64,000 nt of DNA. Source: Bugula neritina. Lineage: Eukaryota; Animalia; Bryozoa. Shown here piece by piece: positions 53,201 through 64,000 of this stretch. The stretch covers positions 8,752,698 to 8,816,697 of the forward strand of contig OZ037765.1 in the NCBI GenBank assembly GCA_964035545.1, given 5' to 3'. The translations under genes and the position numbers were made by a program. The notes beneath the pieces were generated by a model. That model had not been told where the DNA came from and searched no databases. It worked only from the letters and a program-made list of their open reading frames with translations. The number at the start of each line of letters is the position of its first letter. Position 1 is the stretch's first letter.

Positions 53201-56200
53201 GAGGATGATGACTATCTCAGCACACAGACTAGATAGTAAGTTATCACTCACTGCATTTCCATTGCTTTGCATTAATAGATGCTAGTACAAATGAAGTTGT
53301 CGTTGTGGTTTTATTCATGCAACTGTTTCCAAACATCAAACGAAAAATCCATTGCACATTGGCTTAGAAACATATGGTCACTATCTTTGAAAAAACTCCT
53401 GTTGAAAAGTGGGATAACTGCTAAAGGGTGCAAGCAGCTAAATTCAATTATTATTTTCAAGTTTTTAGCATTTCTTTAGCTTACAACTGTTTGTTGCATG
53501 TTTTGTTGTGAGGTTTTTATAGCTTGTAGCTCATCACATTACATGCAATAATATGTTGCCTGGTAACAAGTAACAAGGTAGTTCAGCTGTTTAGTACATT
53601 TTCAAGAGTAAAGAACTTTTCATTAGCTATAAAAATTGTTGGCAGCAATTTGCCTCTTCTGATTGCTGACCTGTGATTAAGTTTATTGTCTTGTGAGCTG
53701 TGCTGATAGTAATCTAGTATGTTGTTAACATATAATTTTTTAATATATAATGCTGATAGTAATCTAGTATAATTTTTCACCAGTATACTTGTATGTACAT
53801 CAGCCAAAAACATTCTGTGTATATTTTTGTTTCCATAACATCAAAATTGACTTACCAAAATTTCAAATATACCAAGCTATTGTTACAATATTGGTTGTTA
53901 GAACGAATAATAGCTCTTTTTTTGTTACCATAGCAAACTTCCATATATCTCATCTCGGGTTAGTGTCCATTCTGATTCTGGTTATGAAACGCCCTCATTG
54001 ACTGCTAGTGAAAGAAATAGTGGCAGCACGTTTCCTTATCGTAGAGTTGATGCTGGTCCCCTCCATAAAGGTGGATCCGACAGCAATGAAGGTCAGTTGT
54101 GCTAACAGTATTGGTAGATTAGCAGACCTAGGAACTCATTAGTGCCATTAGTACTAGTAGTACCAGTAGTACTTGTAGTACTTGTAGTGCCAGTAGTACT
54201 TGTAGTACTTGTAGTACCAGTAGTACTTGTAATACTACTGGTACTACTAGTACTACAAATACAGCAGTACCAGTAGTGCTACTAGTATCACCAGCACTAG
54301 TAGTACCAGTACCCTAGTATTTTCAATGAGTTAGCAAATGTAAATACTAGTGATAAGTTATATTGGGCCCACTCTGTACTGTGTTCCATTATCCTAAACT
54401 TATCTTAATCTGTTTATTCTAAGTACATTAAATTTATTATGTCTAATACTTACCTTAGGTTGTTGTATGACCTAGTTGTTTTAGTTAGGTATAGTAATAA
54501 CCGTCATAGCACCTGTCACTATTAAATTACCATAAACAGTGTACTTACAAATTACATAGTCCGTTTCTAACATCCTATACTCATGTGTTTTACTTTTCTT
54601 CTATATTTTGTATAAAACACTGCAAAAGCATGCCAAACTGATTTATTGAAAATAGTTGGATTTTTAGACAGTGGGAGTTGCATTTTCTCTGTTTGCTTCA
54701 ATGTGAGCTCATAGACATTGCATCATCATACATTTCACAGACAAAAGTAGAAATTTTGCAGGTTTTATTGACAAGCATTTCTAAATACCTATTAGAGTAA
54801 TTACTTTGGACTTTCTCCTGTTAGGCAGCATTTTAATTCAATTCATGCAAATTTCTTATTGAAGTTTTGTTTTAAATATATTAGGAGAAATTTGTTTTTG
54901 TTGTTGGATTAATAAATATTAAATATCTTCATGTTTTTTATATTTGGTGGTAGCTTTTTCAGTTAGAAATTGTCATTAGAAGATAATACATTAAATTGTA
55001 AACCTGCAAGTCTCAATATTTGCTGCTTGCCTCAACAAAAATGCTATTGATTTCAGTATCAACTCTGCCTCGGTCCATACAGAAAAGACCTAATCTCAAC
55101 CCAGGGTGGTATTGGGGAGTAGATAACTCTAGTAACAATTCTACCAGTAATCTTAGCATTGGCAGTAATTCATCCCATCGCGCACCTTCTATGGACAACA
55201 TAAGCAATTGTTCTGGCAACAGCGGTTTGCTAGACAACGGTGACAACTCAAAGAACTCAGCTATTGCTAACTTAAAAAGTTTGAAGAATCCTAGATGTGA
55301 GTAAATAATGTGATGTTAGCACATTATAACTGTAACTTCATCATTTAGTTCTTCTGTGATAGCTTTATCAGGGATCTTGCTAACAAAATTGTATTGCTTT
55401 TTTACCTGAATCTTACTGCTGAAGAGCTTGAAACTATCTCAAGATCTAAAAAAATACCAATTTTTTAATTACTGTTTGTGATCATGCTTAACATACCTAC
55501 TAATACTAGTATACTACTAATCGATAAATCTAATTTAGACATTTATAGTTTCAATTTCTTGTCATCTTATTGGTTTCAGCTCCTGCTCAGCCTAAGAACT
55601 GGAAGCGAGGAAAGCAACTAGGCGCAGGAGCATTTGGTTGTGTGTATTTGTGTTACGATGCTGACACAGGCAGAGAACTGGCTGTGAAACAGGTCAACCT
55701 GGGCACTGTAGACTTTCAAGTTTCTAAGGTTAGACAAATGCATACTCAAATATACTTTATGTGGTGTTTTCAAAGAGGAATAAAGTGTAGCTAGCTTACA
55801 AATTTTTATAGTTTCTTCTTTATAAATAATACCTTCTGCTGGTTTCAAGCTGCATAACCTTTCATGTCTAAAATTTAGGGCCATTACTATCTTCATATGT
55901 TGCATTGCAGACAAATATTATCATAATCAGAACTGTTTTCTGTTATTGGAAAAATTTAATTCAGTTATGGTTGTTTAATTTGGTGCTAGTTTTGTGTTGA
56001 AATAACATGTTTCTCTCCAAACTACCGCTTTGAATAGTATAATTTGTGAATGCTTTGCTCTCCTGGTGAGATTTAAACTGATTTTTAACAAAGCATGTTT
56101 AGCAACAGCTAATGGCAAATCTTCTAAACTAAACTACAATATTATATTAATACTTATGCTGTGCATGAATAAAACTTGTGTGTTTTGTAGGAAGTACGAG

Positions 56201-57280
56201 CTCTTGAGAGTGAAATAGCTTTATTAAAGAATTTACACCATGAGCGAATCGTACAGTACATGGGTGCTGATACTATACAGAATACATTATCTATATTTAT
56301 TGAATATATGCCTGGTGGATCAGTGAAAGATGAGTTGAATTCGTACGGTGCATTGACTGAGGTTGTGACAAGAAAGTATACTTTTCAAATTCTAGAAGGA
56401 GTGAAGTATCTACATGGACAGTTCATAGTACATCGGGATATCAAAGGTACCCTAGTGCTAATAAATTATAAAACATAAGCTTAGAAATGATATTTCGACA
56501 TGACTCCAATTATACGTGCCAGGCCACAATTTTAGGTCTAAACCCATGTATATACTTTTTATTCTAATACCGAATATATGTATACTACAAAGCCACTATT
56601 TTACAGGTGCCAATATCTTGCGAGATAGTAATGGTAACGTTAAGCTAACTGACTTTGGGGCATCCAAGCGCCTGCTCAATATAAAAACTCTAAAAGGTGC
56701 AACAATGACTGAGGGCGGGAAAACAGTAATTGGCACGCCATATTGGATGTCTCCAGAGGTCATTAATGGCGAAGGTTATGGAAGGGGCGCTGACATATGG
56801 TAATAATTCCTAAGCATTGTCTGACGTTCCTTGTACATGAAACCAATTTTAACCCTATTTTTAGCTACAAAGATTTTACTTAAGGAAGTAGGCACCTTGT
56901 TGTTTAAATATTTAGTAAGGAAATTTGAGTGGTTAGTGCGTGTACCTTTTAGTGCCAACTTCTTTATGCTTAAGTTTATGATATTTACTAGTCCTACCAA
57001 AATGTTTTGTTCTTATTGAGATTTTAACCACTTGAATATTTTTAGGAGTATAGGAGCAACGATAGTGGAAATGCTCACCAAACATCCTCCTTGGCACGAG
57101 CTAGAAGCAATGGCAGCGCTGTTTAAAATAGCCAATCTCAAGAAAGCTCATTATGTTCTTGATGACAAGGTCAGCATCCATGCTAAGGAGTTTTTAGAAA
57201 GGTGTTTTGCACAAGAGGGAAAGAGAGCCAAGGCAGAAGATCTACTGCGAGATCCGTGGCTAGCGAGTGGGCATGGTTGA
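47209..57280 (+). CDS. MAP3K3: MEKK2/MEKK3-type MAP kinase kinase kinase (PB1 + STE11-like kinase), ~12 coding exons, ~620 aa
   Basis: Exons 47209-47212 (gccATGG|gtaagt), 48097-48221, 49704-49766 (uncertain), 49815-49958, 52172-52291, 53051-53235, 53934-54091, 55057-55296, 55580-55728, 56191-56446, 56607-56799, 57046-57280. PB1 ([21 protein letters not shown]), SPPPG...[79 protein letters not shown]. Likely a single invertebrate co-ortholog of MAP3K2/MAP3K3. Confidence 0.95.
50978..51395. repeat. CT-rich minisatellite ((TC)n-TACACCCC units) in a MAP3K intron
   Basis: Repeated tctctctacaccccc(acat) units; they cause the spurious SLSTP/LHPS ORFs. Confidence 0.92.
54135..54320. repeat. Periodic AGTAGTAC/TTGTAGTAC tract in the MAP3K intron after exon 53934-54091
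   Basis: agtagtacttgtagtacttgtagtgccagtagtacttgtagtacttgtagtaccagtag. Confidence 0.8.
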
Positions 57281-58353
57281 TCTCAACATACATCATATAC
57301 TTTTACTTACATCCTTTCAAATACTTGGCAATCGTTTATTTTCTACTATATAAATATTTTAGTTTATTAAAATCCAAAGTTTTCACAACACCAATATTTC
57401 CATTTTCATATTTGGAACGTAGTAGTTTTAGCCACCAATTTTATTTTTGTGATAAATCAATCATACTACCAAATTAAAGATTAACAGTGAAATATGGCTT
57501 TTGTTTTATTTTAAGCATTTTAGTACCAGCACTCTACCTTATATTTTGTAGTGCTCAACTGCACATATTTATCATTTAAAAGAAAATTGTATACTCTGCA
57601 AAAGCTATTTTGTTATGATTATGTAATAATGGAGAATAATATTGAAAATATGCGATTTTACTTCCAGTTATGCTAACCAATTAAGTCTTGTGTACTGTAT
57701 CAAGGCCAGATATATTTATTTTATCAATCAACAATATGAAAATTTTATGAAAAAGTTGTTGAATGCATATATTTTCAATTTTTCTGATTTTTATATTTAG
57801 TATGCTGAAATAAAAAAATATATAAATATCTAAACTGCAGTAATTATAAATGTTCCTGAATTTTTATATCAAAATCGGATAAAATTCTTTCAATTTAATG
57901 AATGGTTAGAGCTGATTTCAAATAATGATAAAATTAAAATTGACTACAGTAATAATGAAACTATCTAATAGCAATAGGCATTAATTTTTACAGCAATGAA
58001 ATTAAAGTCAATTGATGATAATTCAAGCAACTTTTATTAAAATTTGTTGAAAACCAGTATGACCTAAAAATAACTTAAATGTTTACTATACAAGTACAGC
58101 TTAATCATTTTTTTAAAATTAAGTTGAGCAAATCAAGACAAATCAACCTCTTTAAATATATAAATGCCTGCCAAGACATTTTAGGTACTCAAGTCAATAT
58201 AAATTAAAATCAGCTTTGGTTTATAAAAGACTAAAAAATGTATACAATTATAAAAATATGAAAACAAAAAAAACAATCATATCTAAAATACATTCTATTT
58301 ATTATCTTTTTGCTGCTAACAACTCTACCTAATACTTAACCTTGACTATAAGC

Positions 58354-59969
58354 TTAATCTTTGGATTTGTAAGCATAAATGCAACCAAATGTTATATGAT
58401 CCTTTTCATATTTTGCCATCCTTACATTTTCAAAGCCGGCAGCTTGCAAAGAGAGCATGTAATTTTTTACATCTGAAGTATGTTGATCTAGTAAGCCCAT
58501 AGATGCAGAAGTTGCAACCTTTTTCAGATCAAGCACTGATAACATGAGTCCTCCATTTTTTAATACACGTAATAGCTCACTACAAACTTCAATTTGGTCC
58601 TCCCAAAAATAAAATACATTAGTATGAAATACTTTATCAAACTTTTTACTCTCAAATGGAAGATTTGCCGCAGAGGCAAAATGCAGTTCTACCAAACCAT
58701 CTTCAATATAGGTTTTCATGCGTTCAATTGCAACTTCTACCATTGCTTGCGAATAATCAGCACCATATAACTTCCCATCTTTGGATTCTAAAACATTTCC
58801 TTAACAAGTTTATGGTTTAAAAAGCAGCTTTTTAAAAATAAAAACGATTAACAATAATCAGTATAAAACTTAGCATGAACATCTTAAAACAGTATTCAAC
58901 AAAATTATTTCTCTTTCTCCATCACAATAATATATAACTCATGCAAGTTTATAGTCGCCATCCCTGTGAGAAAACCCTTGATGGAAGGGGTTTTTGTAAA
59001 ATCGGGCTAAGGACCTATTCAGGTGGAGCACAGGAGCAATAATGACTGAATGCTCTTCCTAACATAACCAATGGTCTTTGTCGAGCTCAAACCCATGACT
59101 TCGTGTTTACTAGGCAAACGCTTAAACCCCTAGACCACGGCTGCTCCCTATAGCAAAATACTTCTAAATAAGTATGAGAATCATGAAGCAACTCACTTAA
59201 AAGACAAGAGACAGCATGCTCGAGACCTACTCCTGGCCCAAAACCAATTTCAAGTACTTTATCAGATTCTTGAATATCACATTTTTCCACAGCAAGTTTT
59301 TCAACTTCTGTATTTGATAACTCGAAAAGCTGTCAAAAAAGAATATATATATATAACTTTATACATTAAAATCCTAAGCAAATATTAATCTTCGATAAAC
59401 TCTCCTGAAAATTATAGAAATATATTATGTGACAATTGTAAGCTGGCAAAACATTGACATCATATTATTATTAGCTCCCAGACCAAGAGCCTGTTTCGTA
59501 GGTAGTAAATATGTTTGATACTAATTAGCCACTTACACAAATATTTTTCAGCAACAGTGGCTTTTTATTTGTTTTATAAAGAAATTTTTTCAAATAATTA
59601 TTCTTATGATTGCTACGTTGTTGCTGTCTTGCATAATTATGATTGAGAATACAAATCAGCCAAAAAGATGGCTCTCTCATTCCTAGGAGCAGAATTCATC
59701 TAAGACTTAACAGATAATTTTAGAAAATACTGTAATAAAAAATTTTTATAGGTTAAACCTAAGTAATAAGATCTAATAGAAAATTTTGAAGTAAGTATAT
59801 AAAATATTCAACTTACCTTACGCATTAGAAAACTGGCGATGAAACTATTACTAGGCTTTCTCAGGTTTCTAGCCAGAATTGATTTTAAGAGGCTGGTTGG
59901 CCAAATGTTGACAAAGAAAACAATGATTTGAAAAGATAAAATAACAAGAATATCCACCAGCTGCTTCAT
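58354..59969 (-). CDS. Class I SAM-dependent methyltransferase (YdaC-like, Methyltransf_11 type) with a hydrophobic N-terminus, 3 exons, 239 aa
   Basis: Exons 59969-59817, 59329-59197, 58787-58354. SAM motif I VLEIGFGPGVG, LYGADYSQAMV, LPFESKKFDKVFHTNVFYFW, ELLRVLKNGG and N-terminal LARNLRKPS. Confidence 0.9.
58936..59148 (-). mobile_element. Full-length tRNA-derived SINE (family A) in a methyltransferase intron
   Basis: The minus-strand head GGGAGCAGCCGTGGTCTAGGGGTTTAAGCG...GCCTAGTAAAC...GGGTTTGAGCTC has an A box, an AGT anticodon-like loop and a B box. The body is collinear with 17349-17553. Confidence 0.85.
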
Positions 59970-60249
59970 TATTGGCACAGTTACACCTCTGAAATAACCA
60001 AATAATATATCATTATAAACTATTTATCTCTAGTCAAAGAAAAAATATAGAGATTGGGAAATATAATATTTATATTAGTATTATTAGATAGGGCCTATTT
60101 CAGTATTTGCACAGCAGCAAAGTTATTTGAAAACTACAGTTGATAGCTCCAGTCATTTAAAAATGCAACTTATTCAGTAATGTAAATTATCAACAACTTT
60201 TAGCATATTAACTTCGGTCATTTAATAGTTAGTTTTGATAAGCCTCAAA

Positions 60250-60700
60250 CACAAGAGTGTACCAGTACTCCTACTACTAGTACTAGTTCAAAAGCAAGTA
60301 TCTTTGAACTGAGTTCTACTTCTAGTTGAAACAGTTGTTATATAATATATATTTAAAAAACGGTTTTTTAACTTGGCTATTACTATTACTATTAGTATTA
60401 CTATTACTATTAAAATTAGAATTCAGACAATCACAATATTTTATGTGAATTAAAATTTCATTAGAACTGACTAAATTAAAATGATGATTATAATTATTAT
60501 TGTGATACTGATTGTCTTTACAGCTTGAGCTTATGACATTCTCATTCTGATTCAACTTCATATTCACTTAGAGTAATAATAATAATAATCATAATGGTAA
60601 TAGTCCTAAGGGTTAAACTTAAAGGGAATCAGTAAACCACGGTGGAAACAAGTATTTTATCATTCTTTTCTAAATAATATTAATAATTAATATTATTAAT
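60250..60700. repeat. Degenerate periodic TA-rich tract upstream of the methyltransferase start codon
   Basis: ctattactattactattagtattactattactatt at ~60378-60412 plus flanking AAT/AGT repeats. Confidence 0.6.
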
Positions 60701-61043
60701 ATTTGGAAAATGCCTATGACTAGCCGACCATACGGTTTGGAGTTCAGAGGTCAATCATAAGCCGTAAACTTTAAGCTGTTCTAGAAATAGTTCCAAGTTA
60801 GAGGTGATTAAGTGCAGTAGTTAAGGCTCTTAAATGTAAAGTTGGAGATTTAGTCCACAACTCTACATTTATAATTTTCAAACTAATACATTTATTCACC
60901 TCCAACTTGAAGCTGCTTATAAAATACTTTTAAATAATATTTTGGTCCAATGTTATAATATAGCAGTGAGGTCACAAATGACCACCAGTTGTAAAATTAC
61001 CAGAGAGAAGTTGATCAAGTGCATGTATTTTACAGGGCTCATG

Positions 61044-61834
61044 CACGGGCTTTCCATGTACCGATCTCAGATCGATCTCGCTGAGATCGATCTGAGAAAT
61101 GTGCTCAGATCGATCGTTTTTCCATGAGAGTGTCAGATCGATCGTTTTTCCATGAGAGTGTCAGATCGATCTCGCGAAGTTGCCTCCTCTTAAGTGAAGG
61201 ATACTTTAAAAGTATAATTTGTTCACCTATTTGAGTGATTAAAGCTACTACTGTTGAAAACAAGATGGTAGTAGTCTAAAATTTAATCTCAGCTATAAAC
61301 TATACGCAGCAAAGCTTTCAGTGTATGGTAATTTAGCCAATTTAAAATAATTAATTTTAATTTTTTAGCTCAACAGCTTATATAAAATTGATGGCTGTCT
61401 TGAAGATTATTAACAAACTTACAGGACTTTTAGGCTTAAAATTACAAAGAAAATAGCTAATGAAACTAAGTTTTGATAGTCATTTAAATTCATTTAAAAT
61501 TTTCCCATTTTTTTACCTTCTACTGCATATAATTGAGTTTTCTTAATCATTGTACTGAAAGTCAAAGTTTTGGCATCTGAAAAAGTAATTATCATGATTA
61601 TTTAATACTTTGCTTAGTAGTTATCAATAAGTTATCATTTTTATGCAGACAACATTGTAGCGCGCAGTCTTTTTCTACTTCTCAGATCGATCTGGCGTCT
61701 TTCCATGGTCTTATTGACATGAGATCGATCTGAGTTCGAGCTCTACAGACCGACCAGCTCAGATCGACGGAGATCGATCTTTAGCGTCGTTCCATGGATC
61801 GATCTCGCTGAGATCGGTACATGGAAAGCCGGTG
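61044..61834. mobile_element. Non-autonomous DNA transposon (MITE, 791 bp) with CAC...GTG termini and a 3-bp TSD (ATG)
   Basis: 27-bp TIRs CACGGGCTTTCCATGTACCGATCTCAG / CTGAGATCGGTACATGGAAAGCCGGTG (1 mismatch); ATG on both flanks (61041-61043, 61835-61837); many subterminal AGATCGATC repeats at both ends. Superfamily (CMC/CACTA-like or PIF/Harbinger) is not resolved. Confidence 0.88.
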
Positions 61835-61848
61835 ATGGTGCTAATTAA

Positions 61849-62530
61849 CCCCTCATTCACACTTACCGTATCGTACGTCGTAACAGCAAAAATAAAATGG
61901 CGACGCTGTTGCATTTTGTCAACGGGTGTTCACACATTGCCGTAAAAGTACAATGCATGACGTTGAGCTGTGACCAATCATGATAAGCCAACTCGTGTCT
62001 GCGGTGATTCGAACGCCTTTGAAAATTATTTACAAATTATTCGCAACATTCTTATCAAAAGATGTTATATAAATGCTATTTACTAAATAAAAGCAATAAC
62101 ATGAAAAGAATCTTTCTTTTAAATATATCCGTTTTTAAAATAATTGTGCAAACTAATTTAAATAATGAATATTTAAGCCGTCCAAATCAGTTTTAAGTTT
62201 TTGATTTGCTTGATTTTGTGATTAGGGAAAGCTAGATTTTTAAGCTGAGTTTAATTCAAACAAGCCAGATAAAGATTTTTTAATCTTTTAAAACTTTTGA
62301 ATTGATTAAATTAAATCAAAAATAAGCGATTAAAATAAACTAGCGAAAATGTTCTTTAAATTTTAGTACCAGATCAACTCTACCCAATAGGAGCCCGCCG
62401 TGATATTTTGAATCAAGCACTGCTTGATCAACGCCGCAACGTAAACCGGAGTACGATTTAGCCCGGATGTTAACAAAAATCGCTAAAATTTGCTGTTACG
62501 GCGTACGGTACGGTAAGTGTGAATAGGGGG
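61849..62530 (+). mobile_element. MITE family H, copy A (~682 bp; PIF/Harbinger-like, TWA flanks)
   Basis: TIRs CCCCTCATTCACACTTACCGTATCGTACG.CGTAACAGCAAA / TTTGCTGTTACGGCGTACGGTACGGTAAGTGTGAATAGGGGG; flanks TAA and TTA. Confidence 0.9.
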
Positions 62531-62533
62531 TTA

Positions 62534-63215
62534 CCCCTCATTCACACTTACCGTATCGTACGCCGTAACAGCAAAATCAAAATGGCGACGCTGTTGCATT
62601 TTGTCAACGGGTGTTCACACATTGCCGTAAAAGTACAATGCATGACGTTGAGCTGTGACCAATCATAATAAAGCCAACTCTTGTCTGCGGTGATTTGAAC
62701 GCCTTTGAATATTATTTACAAGTTATTCGCAACATTCTTATCAAAAGATGTTATATAAATGCTATTTGCTAAATAAAAGCAATTACATGAAAAGAATCTT
62801 TTTTTAAATATATTCGCTTTTAAAATAATTGTGCGAACTAATTTAAATAATGAATATTTAAGCCGTCCAAATCATTTTTAAGTTTTTGGTTTGCTTGATT
62901 TTGTGATTAGGGAAAGCTAGATTTTTAAGCTGAGTTTAATTCAAACAAGCCGGATAAAGATTTTTTAATCTTTTAAAACTTTTGAATTGGTTAAATTAAA
63001 TCAAAAATAAGCGAATAAAATAAACTAGCGAAAATGTTCTTTAAATTTTAGTACCAGATCAACTCTACCCAATAGGAGCCCGCCGTGATTTTTTGAATCA
63101 AGCACTGCTTGATCAGCGCCGCAACGTATACCGGAGTACGATTTATCCCGGATGTTTACAAAAATCGCTAAAATTTGCTGTTACGGCGTACGGTACGGTA
63201 AGTGTGAATAGGGGG
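62534..63215 (+). mobile_element. MITE family H, copy B (tandem to copy A)
   Basis: Near-identical to copy A, separated by only TTA; right flank TAA. Confidence 0.9.
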
Positions 63216-63248
63216 TAAGTGTTACACTTTGACTTACTCTTACTCTAA

Positions 63249-63931
63249 CCCCCTATTCACACTTACCGTACCGTACGCCGTAACAGCAAATTTTAGCGAT
63301 TTTTGTTAACATCCGGGCTAAATCGTACTCCGGTATACGTTGCGGCGTTGATCAAGCAGCGCTTGATTCAAAAAATCACGGCGGGCTCCTATTGGGTAGA
63401 GTTGATCTGGTACTAAAATTTAAAGAACATTTTCGCTAGTTTATTTTAATCGCTTATTTTTGATTTAATTTAACCGATTCAAAAGTTTTAAAAGATTAAA
63501 AAATCTTTATCCGGCTTGTTTGTATTAAACTCAGCTTAAAAATCTAGCTTTCCCTAATCACAAAATCAAGCAAATCAAAAACTTAAAACTGATTTGGACG
63601 GCTTAAATATTCATTATTTAAATTAGTTTGCACAATTATTTTAAAAACGAATATATTTAAAAGAAAGATTCTTTTCATGTAATTGCTTTTATTCAGTAAA
63701 TAGCATTTATATAACATCTTTTGATAAGAATGTTGCGAATAATTTGTAAATAATATTCAAAAGCGTTCAAATCACCGCAGACAAGAGTTGGCTTTATTAT
63801 GATTGGTCACAGCTCAACGTCATGCATTGTACTTTTACGGCAATGTGTGAACACCCGTTGACAAAATGCAACAGCGTCGCCATTTTATTTTTGCTGTTAC
63901 GGCGTACGATACGGTAAGTGTGAATAGGGGG
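63249..63931 (-). mobile_element. MITE family H, copy C (inverted relative to A and B)
   Basis: Reverse complement of A/B over its whole length; flanks TAA and TTA; 33 bp from copy B. Confidence 0.9.
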
Positions 63932-64000
63932 TTAGTCTTACTCTAACTCTTAGTCTTAGAGTTACACTTACTCTTAGTCTTACAGTTAGTGAGTTACTGT
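63932..64000. repeat. Start of another periodic tract (TTACTC/TTAGTC hexamers), interrupted by MITE copy C
   Basis: The same ttactc/ttagtc hexamers occur at 63234-63245 and resume after 63931. Confidence 0.65.

Noticed and set aside
59075-59148. tRNA-Thr gene
   Set aside because: The acceptor stem and 3' end are not intact, and the sequence continues into a SINE body shared with another copy.
61044-63931. CRISPR-like or prokaryotic repeat array
   Set aside because: The repeats are TIR-bounded MITE copies without unique spacers, in a eukaryotic context with no cas genes.

Overview
AT-rich, intron-dense metazoan (invertebrate-like) nuclear DNA, not a prokaryotic region. Seven spliced protein-coding genes were reconstructed by hand from GT-AG boundaries with consistent phases. 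They are the 3' part of ornithine aminotransferase (OAT, +), a glass C2H2 zinc-finger photoreceptor transcription factor (-), exocyst Sec8/EXOC4 (-, 24 coding exons), KDSR (+, 10), RNase P/MRP subunit POP4 (-, 7), MEKK2/3-type MAP3K (+, ~12) and a YdaC-like SAM methyltransferase (-, 3). Mobile DNA comprises tRNA-derived SINEs, a CR1-group LINE remnant, a Tc1-like MITE and a stack of four MITEs at 61-64 kb, two of which form a ~1.4-kb palindrome. The most unusual signals are: (i) kilobase-scale, 3/6-bp-periodic, hairpin-rich TA tracts that sit almost only at gene 5' ends and bracket short islands between divergent gene pairs; (ii) an upstream ORF plus an overlapping upstream ORF around the glass start codon; (iii) a decayed carnitine-acyltransferase-like exon inside an EXOC4 intron; (iv) the MITE pile-up in a probable promoter region. 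No TSS, expression or database evidence was available, so regulatory claims are inference.
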